64,000 bases of DNA, from contig JBCCHT010000003.1 in NCBI GenBank assembly GCA_039028615.1, positions 128,001 to 192,000 of the forward strand, given 5' to 3'. The position numbers were made by a program, and so were the translations under genes. Below the pieces are notes generated by a model that searched no databases, was not told where the DNA came from, and saw only the letters and a program-made list of their open reading frames with translations. This DNA comes from Myxococcota bacterium (GTDB lineage: Bacteria; Myxococcota_A; Polyangia; Nannocystales; Nannocystaceae). How positions within the stretch are numbered: position 1 is the first letter of the stretch; the number at the start of each line of letters is the position of its first letter. Of the stretch, positions 29,566-39,957 are shown in pieces.

Positions 29566-30183
29566 CTACTTGGTGACCTTGATCGACTGACACGCCTCGA
29601 GGATCGTTCGGATCTGCGAGTCGCTGTACAGGCGCCCGGTGGGCGTACGGCAGCCGCTCTTGAGCGCACCGATGGGCTCGAGGTCGAAGTTGAGGCTATG
29701 GCCTTCGCCGCCGAAGTACTTGCCGTGCTGAATGACGTAGCCGTCGCCCTTTTCGGTGATCTTGGCTCCGTCGAGCAGCGAGTCGCCGGCTTCGATCTTC
29801 TTGATGACTTCGGCCGTCTCGAAGATCGTGGCGACCTCGACGGCAAAGACCTTCTCGTCGGTTGCCACCGTGAAGCCGCCGGGCTTCTGCGAGAAGGTGA
29901 CGCCCTCGGGGAGCTTCATCTCGATCTTGGTGCCTTCGAAGCCGGGGAAGAACGAGCTGACCTTGGCCGTGATGTCCTGCGAGACCAGAGTCAGGGGGGC
30001 TTCTGCCGCCTTCTCGGGCTCGGGGGCTTTGTCTTCGGCCTTGGCGGCATCACCCGACTTGGCTTTGTCGTCGGCCTTGGCCGACTTTTCGGGCGTGGCC
30101 GACTTCTTCGCCTCCTTGTCGCCGTCGCAGCCGGCCACGGAGAGGAGGAGTGCCACGGATACGATGGTGGTCAACTTGGTCAT
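29566..30183 (-). CDS. Hypothetical lipoprotein, similar to 765..1436
   Basis: LLSVAGC lipobox; Lys/Ala linker; KLPEG, GYVI, terminal Cys pair. Confidence 0.8.
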   Translation of the reverse strand: MTKLTTIVSVALLLSVAGCDGDKEAKKSATPEKSAKADDKAKSGDAAKAEDKAPEPEKAAEAPLTLVSQDITAKVSSFFPGFEGTKIEMKLPEGVTFSQKPGGFTVATDEKVFAVEVATIFETAEVIKKIEAGDSLLDGAKITEKGDGYVIQHGKYFGGEGHSLNFDLEPIGALKSGCRTPTGRLYSDSQIRTILEACQSIKVTK

Positions 30184-30237
30184 GCGGGGACAAAAGACGC
30201 ACCGTCCCCGAGGTTGTCGCGCAGCCGATGTAGAAAA

Positions 30238-33200
30238 TCATCGGACGGGGTGTACGAGCCCCAGGTTGGTCCGTTCACCACCACGTAACATCACGAAGGG
30301 TCGATCTTCGAAGTGCACGTCGCCCATGCCGTCGTGCTGCAAGACCTGGACTTTGCCCATCGAGTAGCCGCTCGGTCCGCTGTTCATGTAGTTGACGAAG
30401 AGCCGATAGGGATGGCGACGCGGCTGGTCGATCTCGAAAGACTCGGGGCCGAAGCCGGTCCGTACGTCTGCAGAGAACTCGCCGCCGAGGCCGACGGGCT
30501 GGGACGCGGACACCTGGACCCCGTCGGCATCCGAGATGAGCAGGTCGATGTCGGTGGCGTCCGTCTCCCAAGTGAGCACGAGCCGCATGGACGGCGTGTC
30601 GGCTTCTCGGGTCCCCAGGTCGTGGAGCTTGTCGCGGATGGCAGCCGTCTCGGCCGGCCGCTGCGCCATCCATACCGAGCCGATGAGCCCCAGGTCCTGG
30701 CGCATCAGGTCGGGCACACCCTCGAAGCGACCCTCGGGGTAGGGCCGGTCGATGCCCGCCGCGAGGACCTCGAAGGCCTCGTCGGCGTGCCCCTGGCGGA
30801 GCAGGGCCATGGCGAGGTTGCGGTGGCTGCTCGGGTGGTCGGGCCGCTGCGCGAGCGCCTTGCGGTAGGCGTCCACGGCCAGGTCGAGCGCCGCTTCGTC
30901 GAGCGACTCGAGGTGTGCCGCCGCGCCCCGCAGCATCTCGGCGCGCGAGGGATACAGGTCGATGACGGACCCGTAGGTCCGCGCGGCGATGTCGGCTCGC
31001 CCCACGTGCCGGGCCACCTGCCCCAGCGTCAGCAGGGCCAGCAGATCGGAGGGGCTCGCTTCACGCCACGCCCAGGCTCGCGCCCACGCCCACTCCGTCT
31101 TCCCGCGCCCGACGGCCTCGAGGATCTCGTTGCGGGCGTTGGCCCAGGGGTCCGGCGGCGTCGGGCTTCCCTCGAGCAGCTCTTCGTCGTCGAACCACCC
31201 GTGCGGGGCACCGTCGTTGGGGCGGAAGACCAGCGTCTGGGTGATCGTGGTGCGCTCGGCGTAGGAGCCGGATACGTCGAAGCGCCAGGTCTCGATCTCG
31301 TCGTTCAGGCACTGCAAGAACTCTTGCTCCTCCAAGCCGGTCTGGCGGACGCGGCGGATGTCGACGGCCTTGCCTTCCCGGTCGAGCTTGAATTGCACGG
31401 TGAGACGGCCCCGGAAGTAGGGGTCCTCGAGCAGCTCCGTCCAGAAGCAACCCTCGATCTCTCCCCAGTGCGAGCGGATTTCCGAGCGGACGGGGCGTCG
31501 GCCCATCGGGCCCTCGACCTTGGTCTTGCGGAACAGGACCCGCGCATAGCGACGCTCGGTGCGGCCGCTGAAGTGGGCAGCAGCGGAGTGGGAAATGTTG
31601 GCGCCTTCGATCGTGAACTTCGACTCTGCGCCCGTGGTCCCCGCCAGGCTGATCCCCACCGAGTCGTGACTCGCGGTGGGCGTGGCATCGACGATGGTGG
31701 TGAACTCGCGCTGGTCCATGTCGATGGTTGGCGTCTCGACGAATTCCTGGACGATGGTCGCGCCCACGGTCCCGTAGGCAGGGTCATCGACCGGCGGTGG
31801 CGGCGGAGCGGCGGCAGGGGCCTCGGCCGGGACGTTCATGCGCTCGTTCACCATGTCGTCCACCGTGGGCCGCGGGCGGCGAATGGGCGTGGTGACCAAG
31901 CGAGTGTCGAGCCTGGTCGTCGTGCGGCTCTCCAGGGGGCGCGCCTCGACCCTGATGACCCGCCGGAACTCGTTGTCCGGGTTGATGCGGAAGTTGGCGC
32001 GGAACTTGGCCCCGCCCGGCAGCTCGACGACCTTGGAGACGTCGGCCTGACCGGACAAGACCTGGATCGTGTAGGTGCCCGGGGGAAGGTCGCGGAACGC
32101 ATAGATCCCGCGGTCGTTGGTCATGGTCTCGCGATGACCCTCCAGGCAGGCGCACTGCAGCACGACCAGCGCCTCCATGCGCTCGTTGGTCTCGGTATGC
32201 GTGACGACCCCCGAGATGGAGCCGAAGCCCTTGCGCGACGGCGGTCGGCGGGGTGGTCGCGACGGCAGCTCCTCGACCTCGACGGCGGGCTCGATGTACC
32301 GCGACAGCGCTTGGACCCGACCGTCGCGGACGACCATGATGTCGCTCAGCGAGCGTCGCTCGAGGCCGAAGCGCTCGTAGTCGGCCTCCGTCTCGAGCAC
32401 CAACAGCGCGGTGAAGTCGTTGAAGATGCGGTGCCGGACCGACAGTTCGATGACCGTGTCTCGGAGCGATCTCCACTTCGTCTCGTCGGCGATCGAGGCC
32501 AGCGTGCTCACCAGCCCCTCGATGCGTGCGCTCATCCATGCGCGGGAGACCAGCGGCGAGGACACCTCGTGCAGGGGAATGTCGATCGAGCGATGCAGAG
32601 GCCCCGACAGCTGGACTTCCATCGGGTGGCCTTCGGGAAGGTCGGCGTGCACGAGCACGTGGTCGCCGGGCTGGACGCCATCGAGCACGGTGGGGCTCCA
32701 CCAGCGGGCCCCGGGAACGTCGACGCGGAGGCCGTCGAGGGCAGGCCGGAGGAGGCGCTGCACGGCACGCCCGAGGTCTTCGGAGGGCTCGAGCAGGACC
32801 CCGGAGTCGGGGAGCGAGCCGGTCACCAGGCGGCGGAGTCGGGCGTCGTCTCGTACCGAACCGACGACCAGGGCATCGATGCGGCGCAGCCCGTGGCGGC
32901 GGAGCTGGCCGAGCTTCTTGCGGAGGTCGGCGTTCGAGTCGGGCCCAGCGGAGATCAAGCCGTCGCTGACCAGGAGCACGCGGGGGTGCTCGCCCTCGCT
33001 CAGGCTGTCGAGGGCCGCACCCAGGTTCGAGGCTCCGAGAGCACGTCGGCGGTGCAGGGCCGCGAGTTCGGCCGCACCCATCCCCGCCAGCGTGCCCTGA
33101 TAGATGTCGACCACGCTCTGATCGAAGGCCTTGATGTCGACCTGGGTCGTGGCCGACTGGCGGGCCAATGCGCGGAGCAGCGCGCCCAGGCCATCGATGG

Positions 33201-34068
33201 TCGCGTCGAAGTCGAGCGCGCGAGAGGCCGAGGTGTCGACGAGCACGGTGAGCCGCTCGAGGGGCTGCGCCGGGCCGAGCTCGCGCCCGGCCAGGGGCTC
33301 GATGCGCGCGATGACGTGCTCCTCGTCGCGAATGCCCATCGTCGACGCGCCGTCCCGTCGGATGACGAGGTCTTCGGTCGGGACCTCGTACTCGAGGTGT
33401 CGCCCTTGCTCCCGCGGGGGCTCACCCGGGCGATGGACGGTGGAGTTCAGATCGAGCCGCTCGAGCTTCGGTAGGCCCTCGAGCGCGAGCCGGTAGGGCG
33501 TGGTCGGGTCGGGAAAGGTCTGGGTATAGGTGAGCAGCAGTCGCTTGCGCTCGAACGGCGCGATGGGGAACACGCGGGCCCGGAAGCGATTGCCGGTGTC
33601 GCGCTCGAGCAACGCCGGGTCGCGATTCATGTGCAGGAAGACCTCGTAGGTCCGGCGTGCGCGCTGCTTCTCGACGATCTCGGCCTCTTGCCACCGCCCG
33701 CCGATCTCCATGGCGAAGCGGGTGACCCGGGCGCCCGGCGGGAGCTCGACCGTGAAGCGCCCCTCCATCGTCTCGCCGCGCGGGTTCTCGAACGTGAGCT
33801 CCAGCTGCGTCAGCGCCAGCGGGTCGCGGATGATCGCCTCCGCTTCGAGCGAGACGAGGCTCAGGCCGGTGCCGTCCGAGGCGGTCAGCGAAAACGGAGG
33901 GGCCCCGACCGGCTCGAGCTCGGGCTCGGGCGCGGGTGCGGGGCGGCGGGGCTCGGACGCAGACTCGGGGACCAGCGGGGTCAGGTTCGGCTCGATGCGG
34001 CACGAGGCGAGCACGATCCCGAGCAGCAGCCACACGAGTCCGAAAGAAGGGACGACAGATCGAGCCAT
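30238..34068 (-). CDS. VIT-vWA multidomain lipoprotein with carboxypeptidase-regulatory-like, AgmX/TonB-C-like, TPR and YfaP/DUF2135-like domains
   Basis: FENP...EGRF, RDPALLE, FRARVFPI (VIT); VLVDTSAS, LVSDG (vWA); LTWETDATDIDL, GFGPE (YfaP-like). Confidence 0.85.
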   Translation of the reverse strand: MARSVVPSFGLVWLLLGIVLASCRIEPNLTPLVPESASEPRRPAPAPEPELEPVGAPPFSLTASDGTGLSLVSLEAEAIIRDPLALTQLELTFENPRGETMEGRFTVELPPGARVTRFAMEIGGRWQEAEIVEKQRARRTYEVFLHMNRDPALLERDTGNRFRARVFPIAPFERKRLLLTYTQTFPDPTTPYRLALEGLPKLERLDLNSTVHRPGEPPREQGRHLEYEVPTEDLVIRRDGASTMGIRDEEHVIARIEPLAGRELGPAQPLERLTVLVDTSASRALDFDATIDGLGALLRALARQSATTQVDIKAFDQSVVDIYQGTLAGMGAAELAALHRRRALGASNLGAALDSLSEGEHPRVLLVSDGLISAGPDSNADLRKKLGQLRRHGLRRIDALVVGSVRDDARLRRLVTGSLPDSGVLLEPSEDLGRAVQRLLRPALDGLRVDVPGARWWSPTVLDGVQPGDHVLVHADLPEGHPMEVQLSGPLHRSIDIPLHEVSSPLVSRAWMSARIEGLVSTLASIADETKWRSLRDTVIELSVRHRIFNDFTALLVLETEADYERFGLERRSLSDIMVVRDGRVQALSRYIEPAVEVEELPSRPPRRPPSRKGFGSISGVVTHTETNERMEALVVLQCACLEGHRETMTNDRGIYAFRDLPPGTYTIQVLSGQADVSKVVELPGGAKFRANFRINPDNEFRRVIRVEARPLESRTTTRLDTRLVTTPIRRPRPTVDDMVNERMNVPAEAPAAAPPPPPVDDPAYGTVGATIVQEFVETPTIDMDQREFTTIVDATPTASHDSVGISLAGTTGAESKFTIEGANISHSAAAHFSGRTERRYARVLFRKTKVEGPMGRRPVRSEIRSHWGEIEGCFWTELLEDPYFRGRLTVQFKLDREGKAVDIRRVRQTGLEEQEFLQCLNDEIETWRFDVSGSYAERTTITQTLVFRPNDGAPHGWFDDEELLEGSPTPPDPWANARNEILEAVGRGKTEWAWARAWAWREASPSDLLALLTLGQVARHVGRADIAARTYGSVIDLYPSRAEMLRGAAAHLESLDEAALDLAVDAYRKALAQRPDHPSSHRNLAMALLRQGHADEAFEVLAAGIDRPYPEGRFEGVPDLMRQDLGLIGSVWMAQRPAETAAIRDKLHDLGTREADTPSMRLVLTWETDATDIDLLISDADGVQVSASQPVGLGGEFSADVRTGFGPESFEIDQPRRHPYRLFVNYMNSGPSGYSMGKVQVLQHDGMGDVHFEDRPFVMLRGGERTNLGLVHPVR

Positions 34069-34214
34069 GAAAACTCCCGCGGGGGCGGGCCGCAGTGCGA
34101 CCCCCCAACGGGGGGCGCGAGCACCGGCTTACACGTCGTGGGACAAAGGGCAGAAACGACGACGCCCCCCAGCGCATGCGCTGGAGGGCGTGGGGTCGAA
34201 CCGCGCTCCCTGGC

Positions 34215-36005
34215 TCAGAAGGTCGGGGGCGGAGGCGGCGGGCAATTGACGCCAACGATCGTGATGTCGTCGATATTCCAGCCCGAGCACGTGAAGACCG
34301 CTTCGTTGCCGAGGTTGTAGCCCACGCGGATCTGGAGGTTCGGGTTGGCAAAGGCCGCGATGTCGAACTGCTGCAGGGTCCACTCCGGGTCCTCGATGCC
34401 GGGGGAGGGCCCCGTCTCCCAGATGGTGACCCAGGTGGCGCCGTCGTAGACCTGCACGCGGTTTTGCATGTAGCGGGTGTAGTCGCTGTTGAGCCAGCGC
34501 CAGAACTCGAGCTGCAGGTAGCTGAAGCCGTCCGCGTCGATCACCGGGCTGGTGAGGTAGTAGAAGTCGTGCAGGGTCTCGATCACGTTGCCGCCGATGA
34601 CCGCCCCGGCCAGGCCGTTGTCGTCGGTGGGGGTGTGGTCGAGCCCGGGGTCGCCGTTGCCACACGAGCCGGGGGAGGGGCTCGCGATGGCGGCCCCGAT
34701 CTCCCACTCGGGGTCGAGGGTCCAGCCCGCGTCGTTGTCCGCGAAGTCCTCCTCGAAGATGATGCCGCCGGGGCAGAACACGCAGCCTTCGAGGCACTGG
34801 GTGAAGGTGTTGCCGTCGTCGCACTCTTCGCCCGCGGTCACGTTGAGCAGCGCGTCGCCGCAGACGGGGGTGGTGCAGTCGATGTCGCAGGTCCCGGACT
34901 CGCCCGAGTCGTCGCAGTCCTCGCCCGAGGTGATGTTGGTGATGCCATCGCCACAGGTGGAGATGCTGCAGTCCGCGTTGCAGCCCGCCGACTCGCCACC
35001 GCCGTCGCAGGACTCGCCCGCGGTGAGGTTGGTCGTGCCGTCGCCACAGGTCACCAGCGTGCAGTCGGCGTCGCAGCTCGCGCTCTCGCCCGAGTCGTCG
35101 CACTCCTCGAGGGCGGTGAGGTTGGTGAAGCCGTCGCCACAGACCGCGGTGGTGCAGTCGGCGTTGCAGGCGACCGACTCGCCCGAGTCGTCGCACTCCT
35201 CGCCCGCGGTGATGTTGGCGAAGCCGTCGCCGCACTCGGCCGGCGTACAGTCGGCGTCGCAGCCCTTGGTCTCACCCGCCTCGTCGCAAATCTCGCCTGC
35301 CGCGGCATTGAGCGTTCCGTCGCCGCACTCCACGAAGGTGCAGTCGTCGTCACAGGTGGGTGAGTCGAGCCCCTCGTCGCACAGCTCGCCCGCGTTGGGG
35401 TTGTACAGGCCGTCGCCGCACTCGGAGAAGGTGCAATCGTCGTCGCAGGACAGAGACAGCCCGCCGTCGTCGCACTGCTCTCCGGCTTCCACGTTGGTGA
35501 CGCTGTCGCCACACATCGCGCTCGTGCAGTTGTCGTTGCACAGGTCGCTGCGCCCCGCGTCGTCGCAGGTCTCGCCCGCGAGGTTGTTGACCGTGCCGTC
35601 GCCACACTCGGCCGCGGTGCAGTCCGCATCGCAGGTGGCCGACTCGGCTCCGTCGTCACAGCTTTCGCCGGCCGCCGCGTTGACGATGCTGTCGCCGCAG
35701 GCCGCCGCGGTGCAGTCCGCGTTGCAGGTCTCCGACTCGCCCGCGTCGTCGCAGGCCTCGTCGCCTTCGATCATCCCGTTGCCGCACATGGGCTCGGGCG
35801 GCGCGTCGCCGGTCGAGTCGTCGTCGGGCGTCGCGGCGCTCGTCGATCCTTCATCGGGGCCCGTTGTACTGCCCGTGGTGCCCGACGTGCTCTCGTCGGA
35901 GGCATCGGTCGTCAGGGTGGGCGTGTCGTCGGCGGGGCAGCCACTGAGGGCCAGCGCACCGAGGATGGAAAGGCTCAAGGAAGCGGGGATCCGTTGAATC
36001 GACAT
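34215..36005 (-). CDS. Cys-rich repeat (DUF4215/Myxococcus Cys-rich type) lipoprotein with C-terminal beta-sandwich domain
   Basis: LALSGC lipobox; 11 CGDG..N...GE.CDD....C..DC repeats; EEDF...GW and GWNIDDI motifs. Confidence 0.88.
   Translation of the reverse strand: MSIQRIPASLSLSILGALALSGCPADDTPTLTTDASDESTSGTTGSTTGPDEGSTSAATPDDDSTGDAPPEPMCGNGMIEGDEACDDAGESETCNADCTAAACGDSIVNAAAGESCDDGAESATCDADCTAAECGDGTVNNLAGETCDDAGRSDLCNDNCTSAMCGDSVTNVEAGEQCDDGGLSLSCDDDCTFSECGDGLYNPNAGELCDEGLDSPTCDDDCTFVECGDGTLNAAAGEICDEAGETKGCDADCTPAECGDGFANITAGEECDDSGESVACNADCTTAVCGDGFTNLTALEECDDSGESASCDADCTLVTCGDGTTNLTAGESCDGGGESAGCNADCSISTCGDGITNITSGEDCDDSGESGTCDIDCTTPVCGDALLNVTAGEECDDGNTFTQCLEGCVFCPGGIIFEEDFADNDAGWTLDPEWEIGAAIASPSPGSCGNGDPGLDHTPTDDNGLAGAVIGGNVIETLHDFYYLTSPVIDADGFSYLQLEFWRWLNSDYTRYMQNRVQVYDGATWVTIWETGPSPGIEDPEWTLQQFDIAAFANPNLQIRVGYNLGNEAVFTCSGWNIDDITIVGVNCPPPPPPTF
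34780..35787 (-). repeat. Eleven tandem ~93-bp (31-aa) Cys-rich coding repeats
   Basis: Counted from the translation, CGNG to CGDA. Confidence 0.85.
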
Positions 36006-36315
36006 CGAGACCTCTTCAAGGGGTAAGCACCAACTGCGGCTGTCGCCGAGAATCGGAGACGGCCCAACGCGGACGACGGTATCACGTGCCGATCCGTTGA
36101 ACGTTGGACAACGACATGCCGACGGGCTCGATACGAAACGACAATCGACGTTTGGGCGGTCGAAGAATTGTCGATCGATCGATGTTCGACGCCGACGTGC
36201 CGACAATGTCAGTTTCGGTCGCTTTGACGCGTGGCAGAATCGAAGGTCGGCGAGCCTGCCGCCTTACGATTCTACGACGTTGCGTTTTTTCGACGAACCG
36301 TTGCTCTACGGTTTC

Positions 36316-37374
36316 CTAGGCCTCGCCGCGATCGCTCAGCCACGTGTGCACTTCGGCGTAGAGGTCTCGGGTGGCGGTGCCGCCGGCCGCGAAGGCGTCG
36401 CGGGCGAGCTTGGCCAGGTCGAGCATGCGTTCTTCGTCGCGGCCGAGGGCGTGCAGGGTCACCGCCATCGCAAAGCGGACGCGAGCCAGCTCCGCAGACG
36501 TGGCCCCGTGCGAGCGCAGCAGGGCATGGGCTCGCTCCAGCGCTCCGAGGGCGGTCGGTGCTTGATCGAGCGCGAGTTGGCACCGACCGAGGTGCGCCAG
36601 CACGTGGCCCGTCTCGCGAGGGGGACGACGCGACTGCGCCTCGTAGATGGCCAGCGCTCGGCGGTGACACTCGAGCGCCTCTTCGTACTCGCCCTTGTCC
36701 TGCAGCGCGGCCCCGAGCGAGTCGAGGATCGACGCCACCGCCGGGTGCTCGGCCCCGAATTTCATCTCGCGAATCTCGAGCGTGCGTCGGTAGGCGGAGA
36801 TGGCCGCGTCGTGCTTGCCTTGCTTGGCGTAGACCTTGCCGAGGCTGTCCATCGTCGCGGCGAGGTTGTCGTAGCTGCCGCTGAACTTGTCCGACGAGCT
36901 CCGCTTCACCGGCACGGGGGCGTTGGGATCGCGCTTCGAAACGCCGCCCGAGGAGCCGCTCGATCTCGCGGGGTCGCGAATGGGTTCACTGACGCTCGAG
37001 TCGTCGTTGTAGCTGTAGCGAAAATCGAGCGTCGCCGACTGGCCGATGCGAATGCGGTCACCTTCGCGCAGGCCTTCCGCGTGGATCCGTCGACCGTTGA
37101 TGTAGGTGCCGTTGGTCGAGTCGAGGTCGACGAGCTTGGCGCTGCCGTCCGCGTCGCGAATGATCCGAGCGTGGCGACGCGAGACGCCGTCGTCTTGCAG
37201 CTGCACTTCGAGGCTAGGGGTTCGACCGATGAGGCTCGTGCCCATGCCGACCTGGAAGACCGTTCCGACGGACTCTCCGGTCAGGACGGTGAGGTACGCG
37301 GGACCGGTACGAGGGCCTCCCCGTTGGGATCGCGTGCGCTGGATGACCGTCGATTCATCTTGACCCCCCTTCAC
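36316..37374 (-). CDS. FHA domain + TPR protein
   Basis: IGR, GVSRRHA, DLDSTNGTYING FHA motifs; TPRs (FGAEHP); GTG 37374 start uncertain. Confidence 0.85.
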   Translation of the reverse strand: MKGGQDESTVIQRTRSQRGGPRTGPAYLTVLTGESVGTVFQVGMGTSLIGRTPSLEVQLQDDGVSRRHARIIRDADGSAKLVDLDSTNGTYINGRRIHAEGLREGDRIRIGQSATLDFRYSYNDDSSVSEPIRDPARSSGSSGGVSKRDPNAPVPVKRSSSDKFSGSYDNLAATMDSLGKVYAKQGKHDAAISAYRRTLEIREMKFGAEHPAVASILDSLGAALQDKGEYEEALECHRRALAIYEAQSRRPPRETGHVLAHLGRCQLALDQAPTALGALERAHALLRSHGATSAELARVRFAMAVTLHALGRDEERMLDLAKLARDAFAAGGTATRDLYAEVHTWLSDRGEA

Positions 37375-37486
37375 TCCCACCAGGATATACGGGTCCGGCG
37401 CTGTCGAGCCCTCGAATTTGAAGGAAGGACCCACAAATCGCGCGATCGGCGGGTGAAGGCCGGCTCGTCGGGTACGATCGCGCGCC

Positions 37487-37918
37487 ATGACCGACCTGAG
37501 CGGACGTTCCACTCGGACCCTCGCGTGGTTGGGCGACGTGGAATTCGAGCGCGAGGTTCGTTATCGCCTGGCGCGGCGAGGCGACTACCCCACCGATCGC
37601 CTCGACACGATGAAGACCCGCATCGTGCGGGCCGAGGCGCAGGCGGAGCTGCTCGACAGCGTCCTGCCCCTGCTCCAGCCCGATGAGCTCGCGGTGGTGC
37701 AGCGAGGGCGCAACGCGGCGCCGACCGGTTCCGCCCGTGGGGCGCGACGCAAGACCGAGGCCTACCGCGGCGCGACGGCCCTGGAGGCTCTGGTGGCGGT
37801 GTGGTGCTTCGACGAGGGCGAAGGTCGGGCGCGCTTCGAGGAGGTGCTCGGAGCCCGCCTCGAGGCAGCCATCGACGCAGCCCTGGCCGCGGACGCCCGC
37901 CGACCCAGACGCGGCTGA
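37487..37918 (+). CDS. mrnC: Mini-ribonuclease III
   Basis: LAWLGD, V.AEAQA, E..VV.RGRNA, YR.AT.LEAL; 143 aa, no dsRBD. Confidence 0.78.
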   Translation: MTDLSGRSTRTLAWLGDVEFEREVRYRLARRGDYPTDRLDTMKTRIVRAEAQAELLDSVLPLLQPDELAVVQRGRNAAPTGSARGARRKTEAYRGATALEALVAVWCFDEGEGRARFEEVLGARLEAAIDAALAADARRPRRG

Positions 37919-37935
37919 GCACGACGCCCTTCGAA

Positions 37936-37971
37936 ACGAAGAAGGCCCGCCGATTCGGCGAGCCCCTTCGT
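37936..37971. terminator. Hairpin between convergent genes
   Basis: ACGAAG..GGCCCGCCG-ATT-CGGCGAGCC..CTTCGT. Confidence 0.55.
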
Positions 37972-37994
37972 GATGGGCCGGGTGCGGCCCGGTC

Positions 37995-38933
37995 TCAGGC
38001 GGCCTGCTGCTGCGAGGGCAGCAGGTGGGCGTTTTCCTCGGGCTCGGAGCCGGCCTCGTAGATCCGCTTGGGCGGCTCGCGAATGTCCCAGACCAAGCCC
38101 ACCACCGACAGTGCCTTGAGGGTGTAGTAGGCCATGTCGACCTCCCACCAGAAGAAGCCCTGGCGACAGGAGTTCATGTGGTGGTGGTGGTTGTTGTGCC
38201 AGCCCTCGCCCAGGGTCAGCAGCGCGAGCACCCAGTTGTTGCGGCTGTCGTCGCTGGTCGCGTAGCGACGCTTGCCCCACACGTGGGCGAGCGAGTTGAT
38301 GGTGAAGGTGGAGTGCCACACCACGAAGGTGCTGAAGAAGAACCCGATGAACAGCCCCCACACGCCGAGGGCCATGAAGCAGGCGACGCCCAGGATGATG
38401 GGCGGAGCGAGCCACAGCTTCTCGAGGATGACGAGCTCCGGGTACTTGGTGAAGTCCTTGACGCGCTTCCAGTCGAACTGGTCGTTGTGGTCGTAGATCC
38501 AGCCCGCGTGCGAGTGCCAAAAGCCCCAGCGGATGGGCGAGTGAACGTCGCGGTCCTCATCGGAGTGCTTGTGGTGGTCGCGATGGTGAGCGGCCCACCA
38601 CAACACGCCACGCTGCGCCGTGCTCATGGCCAAGAACGCGAGCAGGAACTGGAACACGCGGCCGGTCTTGAAGGTGCGATGCGAGAAGTAGCGGTGATAG
38701 CCCGCCGTCACTCCGAACATCCGCGCCCAGAACAACACCAACGCGCAGATCCACGCCGAAGCGGGAGCGCCCATGAAGATGCCCGCGATGGCCCCGATGA
38801 CGCCGAGGACCTGAACGGCGAGGAAGGGCGTCATGCCGGCCCACTCGTAGTCTTTCCACGTTCGAGCCTGACGACCACTTTGACGCACTGGCGGTGCAGA
38901 CGGGATCTCGAGGATCTTCATCAGGGGGAGCAT
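37995..38933 (-). CDS. Acyl-CoA (delta-9-type) fatty acid desaturase
   Basis: His boxes GYHRYFSH, HHRDHH, GEGWHNNHH; NSLAH. Confidence 0.93.
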   Translation of the reverse strand: MLPLMKILEIPSAPPVRQSGRQARTWKDYEWAGMTPFLAVQVLGVIGAIAGIFMGAPASAWICALVLFWARMFGVTAGYHRYFSHRTFKTGRVFQFLLAFLAMSTAQRGVLWWAAHHRDHHKHSDEDRDVHSPIRWGFWHSHAGWIYDHNDQFDWKRVKDFTKYPELVILEKLWLAPPIILGVACFMALGVWGLFIGFFFSTFVVWHSTFTINSLAHVWGKRRYATSDDSRNNWVLALLTLGEGWHNNHHHHMNSCRQGFFWWEVDMAYYTLKALSVVGLVWDIREPPKRIYEAGSEPEENAHLLPSQQQAA

Positions 38934-39081
38934 GGCTCGGCTTGGCCCTCGTGTGGGTCATTGCTCGGTCGAACTTGGTCATGGTTTTGTCACGGACTTC
39001 TGGACCGTGAACGGCCTTGCACGGTGTTTCGTGCGGTTGCTCGCGAAATTGAGCGAGCTTGCTACACTGCGAGGCCCCCAC

Positions 39082-39957
39082 GTGGCCGCCGTGCCTTCGC
39101 CCCCCAGCCTCGAATCCGAATCGCTCCGCGATCGGCTCTACATCATCATCTTCGAGGCGGAGACGCCTTGGGGAAAGCTGTTTGATGTCGCCCTGTTGTG
39201 GCTGATCATCGCCAGCGTCGTCACCGTTGCGATCGAGAGTGTCGACACCGTCGCCGAGCGCTACGGCACGCTGCTGCGAGTTCTCGAGTGGCTCTACACG
39301 GCGGCCTTCACCGTCGAGTACGGCCTGCGCATCTACTGCGCCCGCCGCCGTTTTCGCTACGTGCGATCGTTCTTCGGCGTCATCGATCTTTTGGCGCTGC
39401 TGCCTACGTATCTGAGCTTGGTCTTCACCGGGGTGCACACCCTACTGGTCATTCGTGCCCTGCGGTTGCTGCGAGTGTTCCGGGTGCTCAAGGCCGTGCG
39501 CCTGATGGGCGAGGCCCACAGCTTGCTCTCCGCGGTGCGGGCCAGCTTGCCGAAGATCTCCGTGTTCGTCGGCACCGTGTTGGTCACCGCTCTCATCGTC
39601 GGCGCCGCGATGTATCTCATCGAGGGTCGAGACGCGGGCTTCACCAGCATCCCGCGCGCGATGTACTGGGCCATCGTCACCATGACCACCGTTGGTTACG
39701 GCGACATCGCCCCGGTCACCGAGCTCGGCCAGTTCTTGGCCGCGGTGTTGATGATCATGGGCTACGGGGTCCTGGCCGTGCCCACGGGCATCGTCTCCGC
39801 CGAGATCGTCACCCACGATCGCGACGACCACGAGACCGTCGACCCGGAAGAAGAGCACGTCGACGACGACCACGAAGCCGTCTGCCACGCCTGCGGCGCC
39901 CACGGACATCCCGAGGGCGCCAACTTCTGCTACGTCTGCGGTACCGCGGTCGACTAG
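39082..39957 (+). CDS. Voltage-gated potassium channel (ion transporter) with C-terminal Zn ribbon
   Basis: S4 RALRLLRVFRVLK, pore TMTTVGYGD, CHAC...CYVC; start approximate. Confidence 0.92.
   Translation: MAAVPSPPSLESESLRDRLYIIIFEAETPWGKLFDVALLWLIIASVVTVAIESVDTVAERYGTLLRVLEWLYTAAFTVEYGLRIYCARRRFRYVRSFFGVIDLLALLPTYLSLVFTGVHTLLVIRALRLLRVFRVLKAVRLMGEAHSLLSAVRASLPKISVFVGTVLVTALIVGAAMYLIEGRDAGFTSIPRAMYWAIVTMTTVGYGDIAPVTELGQFLAAVLMIMGYGVLAVPTGIVSAEIVTHDRDDHETVDPEEEHVDDDHEAVCHACGAHGHPEGANFCYVCGTAVD

Noticed and set aside
30313..33474. Long antisense ORFs (also 7800..10034, 15033..18125, 42286..44718, 54784..58335, 59720..62233)
   Set aside because: Shadow frames opposite motif-bearing genes, expected in high-GC DNA with few stop codons
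34780..35787. Periodic ~93-bp repeats as CRISPR or DGR
   Set aside because: In-frame Cys-rich protein repeats typical of myxobacteria; no reverse transcriptase nearby
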